From Rebecca billardiae RCC1528 (taxonomy: Eukaryota > Protista > Haptophyta): 64,000 bases of DNA. Every line of letters starts with the position of its first letter. The first letter of the stretch is position 1. The DNA lies in NCBI GenBank assembly GCA_965240325.2, contig OZ251255.1:434001-498000 (forward strand), read 5' to 3'. Both the position numbers and the translations under genes were made by a program. Positions 50,692 through 62,153 of this stretch are shown here, piece after piece. The notes under the pieces were generated by a model. That model saw only the letters and a program-made list of their open reading frames with translations. It was not told the DNA's origin and did no database searches.

Positions 50692-51966
50692 TCATCGGTG
50701 ATGGCCTTGGCGGCCGCCGCCTGCCGCGGGCGCCCGCGGCCCCGAGAGCCTCGCGCGCCACCTGAGCTCCGCGTACAGCAGCCAGCCGCCGCTCAGCCAG
50801 CGCTGCCACTCGCCGCCCGGCTGCAGCGTCGCGTTGGTGTCCGCCGAGCAGTACGCAGAGGCGTTCACCGCGCGCTCGAAGCGCGCGCGCAGCGCCGGGC
50901 CGCCGCCCGGCGACAGCGGCTCGGGCTCGCCCACGAGCCGCCGCTCCTCCGCCTCGGTGAAATTCCAAATCGCCTCGAGCTGCCGCTCGGCCGCGCACCG
51001 GACTTTTGGCGCTGGCAGGACTCCCTCCGGGTGCACCTTGGCGAAGGCCGTGGCGACCACGTCCGCCCAGAGGGTGCGCCGCGCAAGGTCCGCGCCGACC
51101 AGCCCGCTCGCGCTCGCCGCGGCGAGCACGTCCATCACGTGCGCGTACACCGGGGGCTGCGCCTCGTTCGACCGCCGGTTGGCGAGCGCCTTCCCCTTAG
51201 AGGTCGCGCGCAGCCACGCGCAGCCGTGCGCCGCGCGCATGCGCTCGCAGACGAAGCGGGTGAGCAGCGGCGCGGTCGAGCCGCCCGGCCCGTCGTCGCG
51301 CAGCCGTATCAGCGTGACGTTCGCCGACGGCAGCCGCGCCCAGCGGTCGTGCGCGCGCCCGACCCACCGGTCGATTCCGAGCGGCGTGGACAGCCACTCG
51401 ACAAGGGGCACGTGCAGCGAGCCGGCGTGCGCGAGGGTGTACCCCGGCCTGTACGGCACGGGGCGCGTGTCCTCGGCGTGCAGGCTCACCGCCCACTCGT
51501 GGTACGGCCGGTACACCAGCACCACCTCGACGGCCGCCAGCGGGGGCGCCAGCAGCTCCAGCAGCCGCCGCCCGTCCGCATCTGGGTCGGAGAGAACCTC
51601 TGCGGAGATGAGAAGCTGCGCGCCGGGGCTGCTCGCGACGCGGCGGGCGGCGGCGGTGAGCGCCCGGCCGGACGGCGTGCGCTGCAACGTGCGCCCCGAG
51701 CGCTGGTCCATCATGATGTTCAGGTGCTGCAACGCGCCCGTCCAGACGCCGTCGATTGTCGGGACCACGACAGCGTCCTCGCGCTCGACCAGCCGGCGGA
51801 GTCCGGAGTCCGGTGCGATCAGCGCCTCCTGCAGGGCGGTCGAGCCTGTCTTCATCGGCCCCGCGTGCACGACTGCGCGAGGCGGCGGCGCTCCGAGCGC
51901 CGCCGCCGCCATCAGCAGTAGCCAAAAGAGAGATGGCGAGCGCAACGCTGCCGCCAGGCCCGCCAT
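50692..51966 (-). CDS. Secreted or Golgi sulfotransferase-like P-loop protein
   Basis: Signal peptide. VVHAGPMKTGSTALQ (5'-PSB-like), LLISAEVL, VLVYRPYHEWAVS (3'-PB-like). Confidence 0.7.
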   Translation of the reverse strand: MAGLAAALRSPSLFWLLLMAAAALGAPPPRAVVHAGPMKTGSTALQEALIAPDSGLRRLVEREDAVVVPTIDGVWTGALQHLNIMMDQRSGRTLQRTPSGRALTAAARRVASSPGAQLLISAEVLSDPDADGRRLLELLAPPLAAVEVVLVYRPYHEWAVSLHAEDTRPVPYRPGYTLAHAGSLHVPLVEWLSTPLGIDRWVGRAHDRWARLPSANVTLIRLRDDGPGGSTAPLLTRFVCERMRAAHGCAWLRATSKGKALANRRSNEAQPPVYAHVMDVLAAASASGLVGADLARRTLWADVVATAFAKVHPEGVLPAPKVRCAAERQLEAIWNFTEAEERRLVGEPEPLSPGGGPALRARFERAVNASAYCSADTNATLQPGGEWQRWLSGGWLLYAELRWRARLSGPRAPAAGGGRQGHHR

Positions 51967-52485
51967 CGTCCATTGCCCCCCTTTATTATTTCTTTGATCC
52001 GCCCATCAGTCCATCACGAGTCACGACATGTGTACGCATGCAGTTCGGCCCCGCCCTTTATAATTCGGCCATGTAGTTCGGGACTTTCTGCTCACTTTCG
52101 TCGGGAGCGCCCGCAGTTTTCGGGCCGCCTGAATAAGATCCCGTGGACCCTCCCCGTGTGGTTAGTCAGAGCCTCTGAGCGCGGCTCTCCGGAGCGCGTG
52201 GACTCCGAGCGCGGGGCGGCCGTTCTTGCTGCAATGGCCGCCTTGATGTGGTCACGGCAACGCGCCCCTCACCTGCCTGCGCCGGTCTGTTTTGTGGCGG
52301 TGCGAAATAAAATAACATCGCCACGCCCATCACGAGAAACTCGACGGATTGACTGCCGGCACTTCCGACTTCAGGCAATCGCGGAATCGGGCCTGCGGCG
52401 CGCCGCTGAGCAGTCACTGAGCAGCTCGCTGCATCTGCGCCCAGCAGCTGCGCCCGCCCGCGCCGCGGGGCGCTCGTGGGGGAGC

Positions 52486-53538
52486 TCAGCGCTGCTTCTT
52501 GAGGTCGGCGTGCTGACCGCCTGCCGCCAGGCCGGACGGCGGCGTGGGCGTGGCGGCCGCGGCAAGGCCACTGGCAGCGGCGGCGGCGGCGGCCGCGGCG
52601 TGCGGGCGCGGCGGCGCGGCGGCGGCACTGCCCGCCGCGGCCACGGCTGGCTTCTTGCCCGCGGCGGGCGGTGGCGGGCTCGCGAAGAGCCAGGCGTCCC
52701 CGAACGCCGGCGTGCACAGCAGGCACCCCGCCGCGTAGCTGCCCACGCCCAGCCCCGCCAACGGCCCCAGCAGCGGGACTGACATGAGTAACTGGAGTAC
52801 CAGCCCAAAGCCTAGGAGCTGCGGCGCGGCGCGCGCGCACAGGCGGAGCTGCTGGCTGAGGCCGACGGCGCGGAGCGAGGCGAGGTGCACGCGCACGCAC
52901 TGCACGCCCGTCGAGAGCGCGCTCACGCACAGCGACAGCGCCGCAGCCGCGCGCGGCCGCGCCTCGCCCGCGAGGCCGCGCGCGGCACCCACCGCCATCG
53001 CCGCGCACACAGCGTGCACGAGGGTTGCGAGCGTGGCGCGCAGCGTGGGCAGCGCGCGGCGCTCGACGCGGAGCCGGCGCGCGCGCGTCTCCCCGCCGTC
53101 CGCCGCCTCGACGCCCAGCAGCACGAACTCCACCGCCGGCGTCGCCGCGAGGATGGAGGCGAGAAAGAAAGCGCACGACGGCCAGAGCCCGAGCACGCCG
53201 CCGAGCCCGTGGGCGAAGGAGACCCACTCGCGCAGCGCGGAGCGCTCGGCGTCGACCGCGGCGTCCACCGCCGCCTCCGTCCGCGCCTCGCCGAGCCACA
53301 GCCGCAGCGCGCCGAACAGCAGCGCGGCCAGGCCGACGAGCGCGATCGCTGGGAACGCGAAGAGAACAGCGAGCGAGCCGGCGGCGAGGACGAGGGTGGA
53401 GAGGGCGTACAGGACGACGGCGATGGCGGCGAAGGCGCGGAAGAAGCGCTTGTACGTGCGCACCACGCCTGGGTCGCGCGCCGCGAGCTTGATGCCGCGC
53501 AGCGCCGCGAGCGCGCCCGCGGCCACGCCGCCGAGCAT
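52486..53538 (-). CDS. Multi-pass membrane protein, EI24/CysZ-like
   Basis: ALRGIKL N-terminus, TM hairpins, C-terminal LGFGLVLQLLMSVPLLGPL..GSYAAG pattern. The family call is tentative. Confidence 0.55.
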   Translation of the reverse strand: MLGGVAAGALAALRGIKLAARDPGVVRTYKRFFRAFAAIAVVLYALSTLVLAAGSLAVLFAFPAIALVGLAALLFGALRLWLGEARTEAAVDAAVDAERSALREWVSFAHGLGGVLGLWPSCAFFLASILAATPAVEFVLLGVEAADGGETRARRLRVERRALPTLRATLATLVHAVCAAMAVGAARGLAGEARPRAAAALSLCVSALSTGVQCVRVHLASLRAVGLSQQLRLCARAAPQLLGFGLVLQLLMSVPLLGPLAGLGVGSYAAGCLLCTPAFGDAWLFASPPPPAAGKKPAVAAAGSAAAAPPRPHAAAAAAAAASGLAAAATPTPPSGLAAGGQHADLKKQR

Positions 53539-53871
53539 TGGACGATCGAGTCGAGACGCCGCGGCGGCCGCCCGCTCCACTCCCGCCCGGCCGGTCCTTT
53601 TTTCTGATTTCTTTGCCCGGACAAGGTCTGGAGTCCCTTGGCAGTGGTGAGCAGCTTTCACAGCTTGGCTCGGCAAAGAGGCTCGGCTGCCGCCGCGGCA
53701 ACCCCACGGACGGGCGCCGGGGCGCCGCACAGAAAGCTGGTGCGCGGCTGCGTGTGGTGCAGCGCTGGTGGCAGTCCAAGCCGCTGCGCTCATTTTGCGC
53801 CGCCGCCAGCGCTCGCGGGCGGCCTCGGGGCGCGCGCCCAACGTGCCCGCCTCGGCTCTGCGCGGCGCGGC

Positions 53872-56692
53872 ATGCTGCGTGCCCTCGGGATCGGCGGCCC
53901 CGCCAGCCCGGCCCCGCCGCCCCTCGTCGCCAACGCGCGCCGCATGGCGCCGCGCACGTCCGGCGGCGGCCGCGTGCGCCGCGCCTCTGTCGACGACATC
54001 GGTGTGACGCTCCAGGACGGCTTCGACCAGGAGACGGGGCGCGTGAAGGCGCCGCGGACGGTCGACGTGCACGTCGACGCCCTCGCCGACGAGCCCAACC
54101 CCAAGGTCCACGCCGCCGAGCGCCTGACCGCGCGCATCGAGGAGGCGCGCGCCGCCGCTGCCGAGCTGCGGCTGCGCACGCGCGTGCCTGCGCTCGTGCT
54201 GGGCTCGGCGGCGTTCTTCTCCGCCGCGGCGCTCGCGGGCGCGCTCATCGCGTCGGGCTCCGCCTGGGCCACCTTCGCGCTCCTCGCCTGCGTCCCCTCC
54301 TTCCTCGTCGCCCTCCTCGGCCTCTTCGCGGCCGACGGCGCGTGGCCCGCGGTCGTCTCGGTGGGGGGCACGGCGCTGTTGTGCGTGGACGGGTGCGTGC
54401 TGCTCGCGCGCTCGGTGCTCGACGCGCTGCTGATCGGCGGGCAGTGCCCCTGGCCCGACGCCGCGCTGCCCGCCTCCGCCGCCGCGCTCCCCATCCCGCG
54501 CCTCACCGTCTCGGCCGACGGGCGGCGCGACGCGGCGGCGCGCGCGCTCGGCGGCGCGTGTCAACTCGCCCTGACGGAGGGGACGGTGGCGCTGGCGGCG
54601 GCGCTGCTCGGCGTCGGCTCGGCGGCGCACGTCGGCCGCGCCCTCGCCAAGAAGCGCCCGCGCCGCGCGCTCCTCTCCGCGCTCTGGGGCTCGATCGGCC
54701 GCTACCTGACGCTGCGTGGGCTCGGCGCGCTCCTATTGCCCGCCGCTACTGGCTTTACCCGCATTCTACCCGGCGGGCTGGAAGGGACGGGGCTGGGCTC
54801 GGAGGGCGTGACGCTGCCGCGGCTGGGCTCGCTCGGCGCGCCGGGCACCGCCGACGACCCCACCGGCGTCGTCGGCGCCTCCGCCGAGCTCGCGTGCGCG
54901 CTGCTCCTCCTGCTGTGCGGCGTGCCGCTCGCGCGCCGCGCGCCGATTGCGCGTGTTCAGTCGTGGCTCGCGTGGCGCCCGCCGCCCGCGCCGCCGACCA
55001 ACTCGGTGGACGCGGGGATCGGCTCGCTGGTGGGCACGCAGCCCGACGCCGAGGTCATGATCGGCGCGGCGCAGGCCCTCTACGTCTACATCACCCTCGA
55101 CCATATCACCTTTCTAGATGTACTTAGGAGAGGGGTAAGTCGACCGCCTCCGAAGGAGCTGGACGCGGACGGTGGCGAATGGGCGGCGGCGGAGGAGGCG
55201 GCGGAGGCGGAGGCGATGGTGGCGAGGCGGAGCGTGGTCGGCGGTGGCGGCGCGCGCGGGGGCAAGCGCCGCTCCGTCGAGCGCGCGCCCGCCCCGCCCG
55301 CCCAAGCCGCCGCCGCCGCCGCCGCGGCGGGCGGCGCGTCGGCGCGCGCCGCGCCGCCCGGCCGCGCGGGCGGCGCGGGCGGCGTACACGGCGCCATCGC
55401 GCGCGCGCCGCGCCCGCCGCAGCGCACGATCACGGGGATCTGCGGCGTGGAGGGCGGCGGCAGCCCGTCGCGCGGCGCCAACCCGTTCCACGGCGGCGCC
55501 ATCGCGCCGGGCTGCCTCCCCGCCGCCGCGCCGGGCGCGGACGGACGGGCGGGCGCAAGAGGGGGGTTCGATTCGGGCGCGGCGCCGGCGGCGCGGCCGG
55601 CTGCGCTGACCGTCGTGACGGGCGCCAGCTCGCGCGCGGCGGCGGCGTGGCCGGGCCTGTTCGGCGGGCCGCTGCACGGCGTGGACTCGGGCCACCACTC
55701 GCCCCTCTCCTCCGAGCCCTCCTTCCGACGCCACTCGTGGCAGTTTCCGGGAACCGACCTCGGCCGCGGCCTCGGCGGCGGCGGCGGCGGCGGCGCGCTC
55801 GGCGGCGCGGTGGCGCATGGTGGCGGCGGCGCCGGCCGCGGGCACCGGCGGCTGTCGACGCTGCACACGACGGCGCGCACGGCGCACTTCGGCGACATCG
55901 ACGCGTACGTCTGCCACTCGTGGCACGACGACCCCGAGGCCAAGTGGGCCGCGCTCGAGGCGTGGCGCGTCAAGTTCAAATCGGCGCACGGCGGCCGCGA
56001 GCCGCGCGTGTGGCTAGACAAGGTTTGTGTTGACCCGGAGGTCCGGGCGTCGGTGTTGCAGGCGCTGCCGCTGTTCGTCGGCGGCGCGCGCGCGCTCGTC
56101 GTGCTCGTCGGCGAGACGTTCACCACGCGCCTCTGGCCCGCCGTCGAGCTCCTCCTCTTCCTCCACCTCGGCGGAACGCCCGCGCAGGTGCGGCGAGCCG
56201 CGCGGCGGCGAGCGCGCGGCGAGCGCGCGGCGCGAGCGCGGCGCGCGCGGCGCGCGGCAGCGGGCGGGCCGCGGCGGGTGGCGGCGCGGGCCGCGGCGGG
56301 TGGGCCGCGGCGGGTGGCGGCGCGGGAGTGACGGTGTGTGTGTGTGTGTGTGCCGCGCGCCCCGCGGCTCACGCGCCCCGCCGCCCGGACCCTCTCCCTC
56401 CCGGACCCCCGGACCCCCGGACCCCCGGACTCCCGGACTCCCGGACTCCGCCAGGTGCACATCCGGCCGCTGGAGACGGACGCGGTGCTTGGCTCGGCGG
56501 CGGCGCTGCTCACGCGGCTGGAGCGCTTCGACGTGCGGCGCGCGGCGTGCACCAAGGATTCGGACAGGGAGCGGCTGCTGCAGTTCGTCGACGCGGCGTA
56601 CGGCGGCTCGACCGCGGCGTTCAACCGCGCGGTGCGCGGCGCGCTGCGCGCGTGCGTCGAGGCAGGCGCCGCGGGCGGCGCGCGGCGCAAGC

Positions 56693-56741
<49 letters not shown>

Positions 56742-56988
56742 CGGCGGTGGCGGCGGCGGGATCGCTCTGAGCGTGGGCATGCTCACGCGCCCGCCCGCGC
56801 CGCCGCCGGGCGCGTCCGCCGCCGCGCCCAGCCGCCCCGCCGCGGCCGCGCCGCCCTCGCCCTCCACTTCGAGTGAATCGAGCGCGCCGCCGCCGCTGTT
56901 CACGCCGCCGCCGCCGCGCGCGTCGCCCCTCAGCGCGCTTGGGGGGCTGTTCGGAGGCGGCGGCGGCGGCGGCCGCAGGAGCAACTGA
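53872..56988 (+). CDS. Multi-TM protein with C-terminal TIR/HET-like domain (paralog of 40356..41945)
   Basis: TM helices. DAYVCHSWHDD...VWLDKVCV...LPLFVGGARALVVL...RLWPAVEL...FDVRRAAC..DRERLL. Intron 56188..56454. Confidence 0.8.
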
Positions 56989-57656
56989 GACTGAGTGGCG
57001 AGCGTGCCGGCAATGGCTCCGGCGCGCACTCGGCGTGCCGGGGCACGGCCGCGGGGGCGCTCGGCGGCACCCAGCCTCCTAGCAGCGCGCGCGCCAGGAG
57101 CCAGGCAGGCGGGCAGGCGGGCGGGCATGCCGTGTGCGCCCGCACTGGGGCGGGACTGGCCGCCGGCCGGCGGGACCCAACGTCACAACGTGCTGATCGT
57201 ACGATGCATGCTACTCGTATAAGACATGGCGGGCACGACGGAGGAAGTGCACAGCCGCAGGCTCCCAGAGTCCCAGTCCGTGCGGCGCGCCCGCGGCGGC
57301 ACTCCTCGGCGCCGCGTGCGCTGCACATCCGTCAGTGGCGCGCGGTCAGAAATCTTTGTAGTGAAGTAATGTTGTCGGCGGCTGGCCTGTCGAGCGGTCT
57401 TTCGCGCACGGCATTTTTGTGCGTGCGGCCACGAGTTCTCCGCCGGCGCATTTCATTCTCTCGTCATCAGCGAATGCGCAGTTGCGCTGCCGGCGCGTCT
57501 CGTCAAATGTGTGGCAACGGGCTGCGCACGCACCGGAAGCCCGGTGATGAATAAAGCGCAGCCGGGATCAAGACGACGCCCGAGCGGCACCGCGCAAGTC
57601 GCAAGCGTAATCGTCGTGCATCGTGCACGCCCGCGTCCGCGTCGCGCGCAAGCAGC

Positions 57657-59422
57657 ATGCCGCGCCCGACGACCGCACGCCTGGCGTGCGCGCTCGCGCT
57701 GGCGGCGGCGCTGCCCTGCGCCTCGGCGCTCGCCAGCCCGCCGCGCCGCCTCCTCTGCCCCTCGCTTGTCTCGCGCGCGCGGCCGATCGGACGCCCGCGA
57801 ACGCTCGCCGCCGCTGCAGACGACGCGCCTCCGCCGCCGGCCGCGCCGCTCGCGCCGCCTCCGCCGCCGGGGGTGACGAAGGAGGTGCTGGCGGGTATGA
57901 CCGTCGCGCTCGCCTCCATCCCCTCCTCCGTCGCCTTCGCCGCCATCGCCGGCGTGTCGCCGCTCGTCGGCGTTTGGTCCTCGGTGGTGCTCGGCCTGGC
58001 GGCACCGCTGCTGGGCTCGCGGCCGGGCGTGATCTCGGGGGCGGCGGGCGTGGTGGCGGTGCCGCTCGGCCCGCTTGTCGCCGCGCAGGGCCCCGCCGTC
58101 ATCACCCTCGTCACCCTCCTCGCCGCCATCATCGAGGCCCTATTCGGACTACTCAAGCTGGGTAAGTTGGTTAACCTCGTCTCGCCGACCGTGATGAGCG
58201 GCTTCCTCAACGGTGCGCCAACGGCCGGCGGCGCGCGCGGGGGGGAGCCGTGCCGCCCGGGAGCGGGGCGCCGCGCCGTGGGCCGCGTGCGCGCCGCGGC
58301 GTGCCGCGCGTGCCACGCCCAGCGCGCGCGCGCGCGCGCGCGCGCCTCCCTCCCGCCGCCGCACGTTCCGCTCGTGTGTTTCGTCGTATTCCCCCGCCGG
58401 AAGAACTAAAGAAGAAGAAGAATCTCCTTTTTTGGCGCTCCTGGGGATAGCGTATGCACGCGCGGTATCGACCCCCTCCCGCCTCACGGCCGTGCGCTCC
58501 CCACCGCGCCGCCACGCGCCCGCCGCGCGCCACGGACGCACCGCCAGGCCTGGGTGCGCTATTGATTCAATCGCAGCTCAAAGTGTTCGGCGCGGCCGCG
58601 CCGAGCGCCGCCGCCGCCATGGGCGTCGCCGCCGCGACGGCGGCGCTGGTGCAGCTGGTGCCGCGCGTGACGTCGGCGGTGCCGCCGTCGCTCGCGGCGC
58701 TCGTGCTCACGACGGCGGGCGCGCGCGCTCTCTCGCTCCCGTCAGCCACTCTCTCCTCCTCCGCCGCCGAGGGCACCTTTGCCGGCGGGCTCGCGGTGCT
58801 GCCCTCCCTGGCTCCCCTCCCGGACTTGTCGGTGACGGCCGTTACGGCGGTCGGCGGCGTGGCGCTGTCGATCGCGCTGATCTCCGTGCTGGAGACGCTG
58901 CTCGCGGCGAAGGTGCTGGACAGCCGCGGCGGCGCGAGCGGCGGCGACGACGCCGCCGCGCAGGGCGGCGGCGCGGCCGACCGCAACTGCCTCGCCATGG
59001 CTGGGGGGAATCTAGCGTCAGCGCTGCTCGGCGGGTTCGGCGGCTGTGGTTTGATTCCCCAGACGGTGCTGAACGCGCAGTCCGGCGGGCGGGGCCGGCT
59101 GTCGGCGCTGGCGTACGCGCTGAGCATGGGCGGCTTTGTCGTCGCCGCCGCCCCACTCGTCGGCGCTGTCCCTGTCGCCGCCCTCGCAGGCATCATGATG
59201 ACAGTTGGCGCGACCACGATTCAGTGGGCGCCGACGCGCGCGGCGCTGGCCGACGCTCGCACGTCCCGGACGCACGTGCCCGGACTGGCCGCGCTCGCGC
59301 TCGCCACGGTCGTCTGCTTCAAGGTGGACATGGCCGCGGGCATCGTGCTCGGCATCGTCGCCGAGAAGGTTCTCGGCCGCCTGCTCGGCAAGCCGCCACA
59401 CAGCGCCGCCGCCGCCGCTTAG
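57657..59422 (+). CDS. SulP/SLC26 anion transporter, no STAS domain, probable bipartite plastid-targeting leader
   Basis: KEVLAGMTVALASIPSSVAFAAIAGV..GSRPGVISGAAG, VMSGFLN|GLG, ETLLAAKV, GN..SALLGGFGGC, GGRGRLS, VPVAALAGIM. Intron 58213..58547. Confidence 0.88.
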
Positions 59423-60090
59423 CCGCGGGCAGCAGCCGGCGCAGCGCCCGGCGCTGACCGCGCTGAGCCTGAGGGCAGCACAGCCCATGGAAGTGTCAGC
59501 AGCAAGTGACAGTATAGCAGCATCAGCATATCAGCGCACCAGACATCGTCGTCATATCGTAAGCGCTACGACGACTGCTGCGGCATATGCGCGCGCGGCC
59601 GATGATATCGCGGCCTCAGCATCAGGCTCATGAATTGCTGGCGGATCATCATCGCGTCGTCGCGATCTGTCAGTGCATGCGGTGTGCCGCCGTGACTCGT
59701 GAGCGCACGCCACTGCTCGGTCGTCGTCGTCCACGTCTGACTCGGTCTCGGAGCCGCCCGCTCGACGCGGGATGAGGGTGATGACGCCGCCTCCGACGAT
59801 GACCATTGGCAGCATCGCGCTGCGGACTAGCCACGCGCGCCGCACGCCAGCGTACCGCGCCCCCGCGTGGTCGGCGTCCGCTCGGCAGCTCGCCGCGTCG
59901 GCGGACGAGATGGCAGCATCGGCCATCGGCCGCCGGCGCCGCCGCTGGCCTGGGGCCGAGGCGGCGCGGCGCACGCGCGCGACCGATCGGGCGGCGTGGC
60001 GCGCGGCGGCGCGAGGCAGCACGCTGCGAGTCCGCGGGCGACCAGCGGCAGGCGGGCGCGCAGGCGCCGGCTGCGCAGCGCTCGGCGTCG

Positions 60091-61961
60091 TCACTGCGGC
60101 GGTGGCGGCATGCCTGGTGGCGGCATGCCCGGCGGCGGCCTGTAGCCAGGCGGCGGCATGCCAGGCGGCGGCATCCCGGGCGGCGGCATGCCAGGCGGCG
60201 GCATGCCCGGTGGCGGCATGCCCGGTGGTGGCATGCCGGGCGGTGGCATGCCCTGTGGCGGCATGCCGCCATAGCCCTGCGGCGGGCCCCCGTACTGCTG
60301 CTGCTGCCCCGGCCAGCCTGGCGGCGGCCCACCCATCCCAGGCGGTGGCATCCCAGGCGGCGGCATGCCGGGCGGCGGCATGCCGGGCGGCGGCCCGCCG
60401 TAGCCCGGGTGCCCGCCATAACCGCCGGGGCCGGGCGGCGGCGGCGGCATGCCGCGGCCCATGCCCGGCGGCGGCGGCGGCGGCATGCCGGGCGGCGGCG
60501 CGCCGGGCGGCGCCATCGGCGGCTGTGGCATGCCATAGGAAACGGGTGCGGCGCTCACTGCGCGGCGGCGGCGGCGGGCGCGGCGGCGGCGGCGGGCGCG
60601 GCGGCGGCGGCGGGCGCGGCGGGAGCGGCGAGGGCGCGGGGCGGGGCGTCAGTGCGGAGCGGGGCCTCCTGCCGCGGGGCGGCACGCACGCCGGCCTCAC
60701 GCGGCACCGCACACAGTCCCGTGCCACACCGCGCGCGCGCACCCGCTGGGCGTGGCGCCATCTGTGCCGCGGACGGGCCACCGACGCCGCGCGCCGGCCC
60801 TGCCAACCCCTGTGGTGCCGCGCCTGGCTGCGGCGGCGGCATCCCTGCGGCGAGGGCGAATGCGCGCGGCGCGGGGCGCGGGCGCGGCGGCGGGTGCGCG
60901 GGGGCATGAGCCGCCGCGCGGGCGGGCGCCGCGTGGCCACGCGCACGCCCACTGCACCCACGCGAAGAGAAGAAAACAAAAGAAAAGAAAAGAAAATCAA
61001 AACAAACCCAAGGGCCTGACAGCCAACGCGCGCAGCGCGGGCGAGCGCGCGCGCGCCGCCCCGCGCCCCTGCGGGTGTGGCGCGCCCCCCGCCCAGCCCC
61101 CGCGGCCCCGCGCGCCCTCCCCGCACGCGCCAGCCCCCGCCCAAACCCACCCGGCACGCACGGCAGCCAGCGCCCCCCGCCGGCTCGGCGCACAGTGTGG
61201 TTGTCGTCAGCGCAGCGCTCTTGATATCAATAAGCGTGTGAAATGCCTCACCGCCGGCTGGGTGCCCGCCTGCCCCCCCGCGCGCGCGGACACGGCGCGG
61301 CGACGCGCCCGCCACGCCCCGGCGCTGCACCCAGCGCCCGCGCACGCCACCGCGCGCGCACACCCCCATCCCCCCCGCCGCGCCTCGCGCGTGGCCCTCC
61401 ACCAGTCTGACGTGCTTAGCGCCGCTGCAAGGCTCAGCATTAGCATGGGGTTATTCGTCACAAGGCATAGAGCCTCAGTCAATAAGCGGTGTTTGTTCGT
61501 CCTTGCCCGCAGCAGACGCCGCGCGCCCTCCCCGCCCTCCCACACACGCGCACATCCCCCCGGCCCGCACCCCCGCGCGGCCGCGCCCCCGCGGCCATGC
61601 GCGCGGCGCGCGGCCGCGCCGCCGCCGCACCTCTGCCCGCCGCGGCTGCGGTGCCCGGACCGCTCTCCGCCTTCTCGACGACCTTGATGCGCGTGTCGTC
61701 CTTCGGCGGGGGCCCCTCCACCGAGAGCGAGACCACGCACTCGCCGCGCACGAGCGTGAGCCCCAGCGTGCGCTTCTCGTCGACCTCCTCCTTGCCGCCC
61801 TTTGTTTTGTTTGTCCGCCATTCCTCGCAGTCGCCGAGGACGAGGTTCATGTGCTTGTCGAAGGCCATGAAGCGGCCGACGAGCACGCGCGAGTCGTGCA
61901 GGGTCACCCGCATCCGGTAGTTGATCAGCTGCAGCATCTTGTTCGCCTTGGGCGTCGCCAT
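60091..61961 (-). CDS. SNRPB: Spliceosomal Sm core protein B/B'
   Basis: [48 protein letters not shown] and a PPPGM-repeat tail. Introns 60845..61630 and 60558..60742. Confidence 0.96.
61179..61258 (-). ncRNA. Intronic box C/D snoRNA; D' guide to the LSU rRNA 5' region
   Basis: GCCGGC terminal stem, degenerate C box GTGAGGC, 13-nt guide CGCTTATTGATAT complementary to conserved LSU ATATCAATAAGCG, D' AAGA, C' CTGACGA, D CCGA. Confidence 0.7.
61427..61510 (-). ncRNA. Intronic double-guide box C/D snoRNA (SSU and LSU targets; snR53-like D guide)
   Basis: C AGGACGA; guide CCGCTTATTGA plus D' CTGA (LSU TCAATAAGCGG); C' GTGACGA; guide CCATGCTAATG plus D CTGA (SSU CATTAGCATGG); terminal stem. Confidence 0.82.
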
Positions 61962-62153
61962 GGCGCCCGAGGCGTGCTGCTGCGGCTCCGACCGCGTAGC
62001 AGCGATGCGCCGTCGGCAGAGGGGCGACGATGGCGGCGGACAAGATGAGTCCGGATGGGCCAAGCCAATGCACCGGACTTTCACGTGGCCACCAGCTCGC
62101 CAAGCGCCGGGGCCGAAGCCACGCGCCAGCAGCACAGCCAACCTCGTTCGACG

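Noticed and set aside
61220-61490. rRNA-like sequence (TCAATAAGCGG, CATTAGCATGG) considered as rRNA gene fragments
   Set aside because: The matches are only 11-13 nt and sit next to C/D boxes, so snoRNA guides explain them better.
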